Assembly (NCBI GenBank): GCA_000146045.2
Contig: BK006949.2
Span: 864,001-928,000, forward strand
Source of the DNA: TPA_inf: Saccharomyces
Lineage: Eukaryota
Reading direction: 5' to 3'
Length of the DNA: 64,000 nucleotides
Shown: positions 56,488-64,000 of the stretch, piece by piece
Position numbering within the stretch: position 1 is the stretch's first letter
Layout: each line of letters opens with the position of its first letter
Position numbers and translations under genes: made by a program
The notes under the pieces: generated by a model
Seen by the model: only the letters and a program-made list of their open reading frames with translations
What the model was told of the DNA's origin: nothing
Databases searched by the model: none

Positions 56488-57859
56488 GAGGAAAGTATTT
56501 GTACAAAACGAAAAACTAAAGGCAAATATATATATAGATGTTGCCGCGCACCTTTTTTTTAATGAATATTCACACAAATATTGAAAATAAAAACAAACAA
56601 AATTCAAATAACAACATGTAAGACCAAAAAAAAATCCCTCATTATTTATTCCTTACCCTTTCCAAATTCTTACTATACTAGTAAATATATATTTAATTAT
56701 CCTTTTTTCTACTTCAGCATACAATCCTTCTTTTGCCGCAGGTTTATAGTTAGACCCCTCAATTCTGTCAAGTTTCAGTGGTACGTTATTTTATGTCTCA
56801 TCTCACGATCCTGGCAAAAAAAGAAAGGCATGTAATTTGAGGAGGCGATTCACCCTCATTTTTACGCAACAACAATGCTGTGTGGCTTACACGCCTCTGC
56901 GTACATATCTACATATTTAACGGTCCTGTATTTTCAAGCACGCAAGGCTGAAATAAACGGTTGTTTGCTTATGCGCGATGCACTCCGCCGAACATCACCG
57001 CAAAAGCACCGTAGGCGGAGATCTCCCAGCTAGTATGGGCATGACGGAACCACGATTTCCAGATATAGATACTTAAAAGCACTAAAAGGTCTATACATAA
57101 AACGCAGACTTACGTAAGATACATAGCAACTGCCGATATGGACGCCGCCATGCCGAATGACAAAGGGAGAATGTAGTACTAATTGATATCGTCTTATCCT
57201 CTCAGGAATGCAAACTTAAAACATACTTTCTCCCGTCCTAACAACGCCGGTTGTCGACGATAAATACCCCAAGAAATGCCCGCACAGAATCTCCTCCGTT
57301 AGGTGGTCATGCCCCGAGGGTGCGAGGTTGTTTCCTGCACGGTAAATCGGGATGCCATGAAAGCCGGCCCTCCCCACGCGTCCCCTAATTTTTTTCCAAG
57401 TGAATATCTGCATCGGCCACCGTTTTATATTACTTCGATAAGCTTGCCTTAAACTCATTATTGCCGTCGTTTATCCCTCAAAGCTTAATCTTACAAGAAT
57501 TAGAAAGAAGAAAAGTTTATTCGTATAGACTTCCTTATGCCTGATGTCCTTCCACCCTCTTACACAGTAGGATTAGTCTAGAAGTGGTAAATTGCAGGAT
57601 AGCATATACGCGACAAGGAAAAGAAAGAAGGAAAAATATTTTACGTCGGAAATTGTGTGATATGCCGTTTGAATTCGAGGTATATTAAGCGCAGTGCTTT
57701 TCCCTGCATCGCATTCTGTCTGTTCTTCCGAGTGTCGATTCCCACAATTCGTCTTGTCCTTTTGATATTTTGTTTTTTTTTTCCTTCTCTTTTTTTATTC
57801 TTTGTATTTGGTGCTGTCTGTCAATACGGCACATAAAGTAACATGTAATTAACTATAAC

Positions 57860-58777
57860 ATGTCTTCGAACGATTCGAACGATACCGACAAGCAACATAC
57901 ACGTCTGGATCCTACCGGTGTGGACGACGCCTACATCCCTCCGGAGCAGCCGGAAACAAAGCACCATCGCTTTAAAATCTCTAGGGACACCCTGAGAGAC
58001 CACTTTATCGCTGCGGTCGGTGAGTTCTGCGGCACATTCATGTTTTTATGGTGCGCTTACGTTATCTGCAATGTCGCTAACCATGATGTCGCACTCGTTG
58101 CAGCGCCTGACGGTTCCCATCCGGGTCAATTGATTATGATTGCCATCGGTTTCGGATTTTCCGTCATGTTTTCTATCTGGTGTTTTGCCGGTGTCTCTGG
58201 TGGGGCTTTGAATCCTGCTATGTCGCTTTCGCTGTGCTTGGCGAGAGCCGTCTCTCCTACAAGATGTGTCGTTATGTGGGTTTCGCAGATTGTTGCTGGA
58301 ATGGCCGCTGGAGGCGCTGCAAGCGCCATGACACCTGGTGAAGTCCTCTTTGCCAATTCTTTGGGCCTGGGCTGCTCTAGGACGAGGGGTCTGTTCCTGG
58401 AGATGTTCGGCACCGCTATCCTATGTTTAACAGTCTTAATGACGGCTGTGGAGAAGCGTGAAACCAACTTTATGGCTGCGCTGCCCATCGGCATCTCCCT
58501 GTTTATCGCACACGTCGCTTTGACTGCATACACAGGCACAGGTGTCAACCCTGCGAGGTCCTTGGGTGCTGCTGTCGCAGCCAGATACTTCCCTCATTAC
58601 CACTGGATTTATTGGATTGGCACGCTGTTAGGATCCATTTTAGCATGGTCTGTATGGCAATTATTGCAAATCTTAGACTACACAACCTACGTTACCGCTG
58701 AAAAGGCTGCCAGCACCAAGGAAAAAGCTCAAAAAAAAGGTGAAACCAGCAGTTCCTCTGCTGTGGCTGAAGTCTAA
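57860..58777 (+). CDS. AQY1: Aquaporin (MIP family), 305 aa, carrying M121 and T255
   Basis: Six transmembrane segments are predicted. NPA motif 1 reads GALNPAM and NPA motif 2 reads GVNPARS. The ATG is confirmed. Confidence 0.9.
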   Translation: MSSNDSNDTDKQHTRLDPTGVDDAYIPPEQPETKHHRFKISRDTLRDHFIAAVGEFCGTFMFLWCAYVICNVANHDVALVAAPDGSHPGQLIMIAIGFGFSVMFSIWCFAGVSGGALNPAMSLSLCLARAVSPTRCVVMWVSQIVAGMAAGGAASAMTPGEVLFANSLGLGCSRTRGLFLEMFGTAILCLTVLMTAVEKRETNFMAALPIGISLFIAHVALTAYTGTGVNPARSLGAAVAARYFPHYHWIYWIGTLLGSILAWSVWQLLQILDYTTYVTAEKAASTKEKAQKKGETSSSSAVAEV

Positions 58778-58908
58778 TTTTTCCCTCCTTTTCTTTATTT
58801 CTCGCTCACTAGCACTTAATGTTATAATACTCGGCAAAAACTAGTAAGATTAATTGTTTTTAATTTTTTTTTTTCTATACATCCATACTACTGAGGTAAT
58901 TAGTGTTT

Positions 58909-59421
<513 letters not shown>

Positions 59422-60303
59422 CTAAGAGCAATACTTAGCCCTTTTTGCTCTATTTATAGCGTTCCCTCTCTTAATGATTGCCGCTCCCCTAATATAATTG
59501 GTAGTTCTTGCCACCCGTTAGTTCCGTCCATAAAAATGTTCAACCAATAAAAGCAAATCAAGAAGTGACTGAGAAGTACAATGAACTATGACGTTAAAAG
59601 GCTAACCCAATGCAGAAATTAAATAGAAATAAATACATTGTGTAGTCGGCCTGTAACTTGTATTTCGCAAACGTCTTATAAAGGCAAGAAAATTTCAAAT
59701 GTTCGAAATCTGACATCAGCCGCATGCTATGTTGTCAATCTCTCTCAATACTCGGCTGGCTTAACCCTGAATCATCCCAAAAAACGGTGATACTGTATTT
59801 GAATATGCTTCAACCGGAGTAATTATCCAGTAGTGCAACGCATCTCATTCCAACTTGAAATATACGTTTACAAAACTATTTACCACTTGTATTTCTGCAA
59901 TAATACCAAAATTCATGCAAAATAAACACCATCATTACTTGTAGTTGGAAGCAAAAAATATTCTTGATTGATTTTCAATTGCCAGGCTCCTTATCACTTC
60001 GTCGATGAGCCAAAAAAAAATGTAGTTCCTATTCTGGTATCAAAGCATTTTTCTTTATTGATAACATCCGCATACACAGAGAAAAGGCGAGAAGCATGAA
60101 AAGTGTCAAAAATATTGAACTAGAGTGTACTGTTATAGTTTTGGCAGGTATGAAGACAAAATGATGGCTTTTTACATATCAAAGTAACTCTGTACTATAG
60201 ATAGAAGAATAAAAACTAAATACATGCAGGTGACTGATAGAAAAGACAAGTGCAGGGGAGAAAAAAAAATAAAGAAATGATAGCGTTCTAAGAAAAGTTC
60301 TAG

Positions 60304-62937
60304 TCATGGATAGTGTCCTGGAGCATAGCCGAAATAGCCATTTGCTGTATCAGTTATGTTCTTTAGAGGATAGCCAACGCCATCGGCACCAGCATACGGA
60401 ACTGTATTGCCCCACCAATTAAAAGCTGTGTCTTTATATTGGACAGCAAAGAAAATGATAATAGCTGATAAAACCAAGCCCGTTGAAAAGCCTGCCGATA
60501 AAACATAATTATATTTCTCCCACAGATTTAAATGGTGTCTTTTCATGTAGTACTGGGAAATGTAACTAACAATCATACCAGAAGTGTAATACATCAGGTT
60601 ATATGGAGGGCTCATATTAAGCATTCCACCTACAAATAACATTGGGTCAAAATATCTGGGATAAAACTTACCCCAGCGCTTCCAAACACCAAAAAATATG
60701 CCAATGCATGCGCCTATCAACCAACACCATTTAAATATTGGATAAATGTAATTGAAAATTCTTTTTGGCCCAATTGCACCCCAGACAACGGAAGCATTAT
60801 AGTAGGTCACAGCATCAGGACAGGTGAATTTTGCGTTTTGATGAGGTGTGCAAAAGTCTTTGATATTGGAGATTTGCCAATTCAGAACACCTAGATTGAC
60901 AAATATCTGAATGAAAACTATAACACATTGTCCCCTGAATAGCGCCATTGGCGGAATCTTACAATAATGCGCTATTTTTAAGTTAGAAACGTAATTATCT
61001 GCTTGGCCGTCGATGTTATAACCAAAAGCCTTCAAAATCATTATGGCGATTGGATTACCTGGTAAAGCGTACCCCATCACCATTTCAATTAGTAGATTCA
61101 AACCAAACGAATAACCAGTGGTTGCTTGAAGGATAGTAGTTGGAATCAAGAAAACAAAATTAAATCCTAAACAAACAAAAAGACCCCAAACTGGTGTATT
61201 TGTTGGGTAGTGCTCTACAACAGCTATTCCAACAACAAGTGAACCTATCAATATGGCAAAATACCACCAATCTGGAACTTCTTTATAGTTTTTCATGGCA
61301 TTAGAATGTGGGTCATCATAATCGTCGAGCGCCCTGTAATCGCTTTTGAACATTGTGACCCAAGATTTAAGTTTTCTCATGGCCCACAAATTCAAAGCCC
61401 AATCTTTGAAAGCATTGAACAATAACTTTGAGTGTACAATAAACGACCATGTAATCATCAGAGGATATGCGCAAATGAAAGCACCATATGATACCAAATT
61501 TCCAGCACTATAGTATGGTGGCGAGTAGCTTTGATATTTTTTCACATCTAGCTTATTGTCACTGTCTAATACCTCAGTAACTTTAAAGGAATGGCCAGTA
61601 TTAGTATACAAAGAATTTGTGAATATTGGCAGGTATTGGCAACTCATATAATTACTATAGTATACTGCAATAACAATTAAAGCTGCTAATATGCAACCAA
61701 GATATTGTGTTAAGTATGACCAAAATGGGTAAACTAAAGGAGAATTAAACGAAATAACATTCCAGTCAAAAGATGAGATAGGATTAATCCCAAGACCAGT
61801 GACTCCTCCCGTGATGTTTGCGAGATTAATGTTACTTGGCTTGATCCAGGTCATCCAATTGAAAGTGTTTAGAATATTAATAATGTAAGTGGGAAACCAG
61901 TTATAGATGAACATGATAAAAAAAGTCAAGAAAAAGAATTTATACCTGCTCATTCCAGATTCATGCTTTTCTTTACCCAATAGTGCCTTGTTGATAGCAA
62001 TAGTTGGCATGACTGTTGGCCATAGTGCACGGGCTGGATAAACAACGAATTTTCTAAGGATGCCAGCAAATCCAAATCCAATAAATTGTACGGATAACGA
62101 AAGTAAAAATTGGTAGCCAAACGAGAAAGCAGAATGGTAAAAGAGTTTTTGCGTTAGAATATTGTAATGAGTATAGAACGCGCCTTGACAAATTGCATAT
62201 AACAAGGTTGAAAACATTTGCTCTTTTTGGGTCCATGGTTTATCGATATTGATACCATACTTTCTGCCCCTGATGGTTATAGTCCAACAGGGGATAGTTT
62301 TAGCCCAAGCCTTACCACAGATATATAAAAACATTTGGATAATTGGAGTATTCAGTGAAATTGAAACCACCCTGTGTGAAAAAAACTCATTAAATCCTGA
62401 ACCGATGACAGACCAAATTATTGCCAGAAAATATGCTCGGAATGTCTCCACTGGAATGGTGGGATCATCTTCTGGATCAACAACAGCTCTAACCTCTTGG
62501 TAAGGCGAATGAAATTTAATAGCAGAAGCAAATGCTCTAATGTCAAAGCTATCATATTCATCTATCCCCTCTTTTGAATCCAAGTCCTCCAAGTCAACCA
62601 ATCTCTTCCACTCCTCATATTGATCGTGTGGAATGTTCTCATCATCCTTGAAATAGATGATAGAGTCTTTTAGTATTTTGAAGGAATCCTCAAGTGTCAA
62701 TTCAGGCATTTTTTTGAGGATATACGCAACGTCTTCCGGAATATCATAAAGAGTGCGATTTTCATAACCCAGCTTCTTCATAAAGTGCAGTATCTGTTCA
62801 TCCGTATACCACTGAGAAAAGTCTGATGAATGATTTGAAAGCCTCTCAGAATACTCAGCACCCTCGGCGTAATCAACAGTACCTTTTGTGGATACCTTCT
62901 CATCAATTATAACTTTATCTTTGACTGTTTCACTCAT
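60304..62937 (-). CDS. OPT2: OPT-family oligopeptide transporter, 877 aa
   Basis: The product is a multi-pass membrane protein of the OPT superfamily. The ATG is confirmed at 62935-62937. The 877 aa length matches Opt2. Confidence 0.85.
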   Translation of the reverse strand: MSETVKDKVIIDEKVSTKGTVDYAEGAEYSERLSNHSSDFSQWYTDEQILHFMKKLGYENRTLYDIPEDVAYILKKMPELTLEDSFKILKDSIIYFKDDENIPHDQYEEWKRLVDLEDLDSKEGIDEYDSFDIRAFASAIKFHSPYQEVRAVVDPEDDPTIPVETFRAYFLAIIWSVIGSGFNEFFSHRVVSISLNTPIIQMFLYICGKAWAKTIPCWTITIRGRKYGINIDKPWTQKEQMFSTLLYAICQGAFYTHYNILTQKLFYHSAFSFGYQFLLSLSVQFIGFGFAGILRKFVVYPARALWPTVMPTIAINKALLGKEKHESGMSRYKFFFLTFFIMFIYNWFPTYIINILNTFNWMTWIKPSNINLANITGGVTGLGINPISSFDWNVISFNSPLVYPFWSYLTQYLGCILAALIVIAVYYSNYMSCQYLPIFTNSLYTNTGHSFKVTEVLDSDNKLDVKKYQSYSPPYYSAGNLVSYGAFICAYPLMITWSFIVHSKLLFNAFKDWALNLWAMRKLKSWVTMFKSDYRALDDYDDPHSNAMKNYKEVPDWWYFAILIGSLVVGIAVVEHYPTNTPVWGLFVCLGFNFVFLIPTTILQATTGYSFGLNLLIEMVMGYALPGNPIAIMILKAFGYNIDGQADNYVSNLKIAHYCKIPPMALFRGQCVIVFIQIFVNLGVLNWQISNIKDFCTPHQNAKFTCPDAVTYYNASVVWGAIGPKRIFNYIYPIFKWCWLIGACIGIFFGVWKRWGKFYPRYFDPMLFVGGMLNMSPPYNLMYYTSGMIVSYISQYYMKRHHLNLWEKYNYVLSAGFSTGLVLSAIIIFFAVQYKDTAFNWWGNTVPYAGADGVGYPLKNITDTANGYFGYAPGHYP

Positions 62938-64000
62938 AATTTCTAATAATTCAACAGCAATATTGCGTATAACAAACCCTACTAGTTGTAGAATAAGCTA
63001 ATATGTTCGTTTCTGCTATTAAAAAAATGCCGCCGTTGTTTAGACGTTCAATGTATGATTGTAAGTGTTTCAAATATTATTTTTTGGGATGTTTCGATAG
63101 GAATGAATATAAGTAACAACTGACTTGAGACATGACTTAAGTTTACACAGGATAGTGTTCCATTCCCATTTATAAATTTTTTTGAAGCGAGAAGAAACCT
63201 AGCAAGTTGATATCAATATTTTTTTTAATGTTACTTATCTTCATTGCTAATAATTCGTGAAATGATTGAAAATTTCCAATCCATGAACATTCAGAAGTAA
63301 GATAACAGCGTCCAATTGTAAAAGAACGCTATTATTATTGTAGATAAGAGAATAAACTTAAATAATCGAAGGTGTTACGAATCTTCATAAAACCCAATGG
63401 GCTGATATTGACAACCGCAATGGCGATTCACGTGTTCGGTAACCACAACAGGGGCCAAGAGGAAAACAAACTACATCAATTTTTGCAAAAGGTTAACAAC
63501 GAAATGTGGGATTATTGAAAATTATAACGAAGAAACTACGTCGGACAGCAACCCCCCGATTTTTGTCGGTTGCTTTTACTGACACCATGATGTGAACCAA
63601 ATTTTCTTTTGGTATTCCTCGCATAGTGTTGACTTCTTTTACCATGATAAAAATAATGAGATAAGAAGTGTTGCAGTAATATTATGTGTCACACCAGCGT
63701 GGCTGCCATATTTGAGACGGATTCGTCCGGTGGATGTGATGGATCCGTTTAATGCTGATCTCTCCTGCATTTTTTGTGAAAAATCAGATATCAATTATTG
63801 GTCTATCTGCTTTTGCCTGTTTGTTTTTTTTTCATTATAGAGTTCCTCAGTGAGTGGGATTGATGATGCGCACGGCACAATTGAAGCATTTGCTTATCAA
63901 AACATAAATATCTCCGTACCCAAATAGGAAAAACGCGTTAATGCAAAGTTGACACGTTCAGTTACTATTTCCTGAAATAATAATACAGCCCACAAAAACC

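Noticed and set aside
58126-58548. 140-aa ORF antisense to AQY1
   Set aside because: It is a GC-rich antisense shadow of the aquaporin CDS with no independent support.
63592-63840. 82-aa Cys-rich ORF upstream of OPT2
   Set aside because: It is short with no recognisable domain, and it lies in the OPT2 promoter region.

Overview
Every long ORF, in order and orientation, matches the Saccharomyces cerevisiae chromosome XVI right-arm block from BUR1/SGV1 (YPR161C) to OPT2 (YPR194C). This identification rests on my own recognition of protein sequences and motifs and on my recollection of the yeast map; I ran no database search. If my recollection of S288C coordinates is right, window position 1 corresponds to about chrXVI:864,001. 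The genes, in order, are: BUR1, ORC4, TIF3, MMS1, RHO1, MRP2, MET16, NUT2, JIP5, a tRNA-Ile(AAU) gene with a Ty3 sigma LTR 16 bp upstream and further LTR debris, the two-exon small ORF YPR170W-B, BSP1, YPR172W, VPS4, YPR174C, DPB2, BET2, PRP4, HDA3, AOS1, SEC23, SMX3, DPM1, GDB1, ATG13, PZF1, RPO26 (with an intron), MLC2, SKI3, RPC82, QCR2, AQY1, HPA2 and OPT2. The supplied ORF track accepts GTG and TTG as start codons, so several listed ORFs begin upstream of the real ATG. I checked the ATG of each CDS below directly in the sequence. I see no evidence of a foreign or novel multi-gene system: the window is ordinary, gene-dense yeast core chromosome with one tRNA/LTR hotspot. The points worth a second look are local: the Ty3 insertion footprint, two introns the ORF track cannot show, an AQY1 allele carrying the two lab-strain inactivating substitutions, several coding and non-coding tandem repeats, recognisable promoter motifs (PAC/RRPE, Abf1 plus a T-tract, Reb1, Gcn4/Cbf1), and a GC-rich ORF-free 1.4 kb stretch upstream of AQY1.
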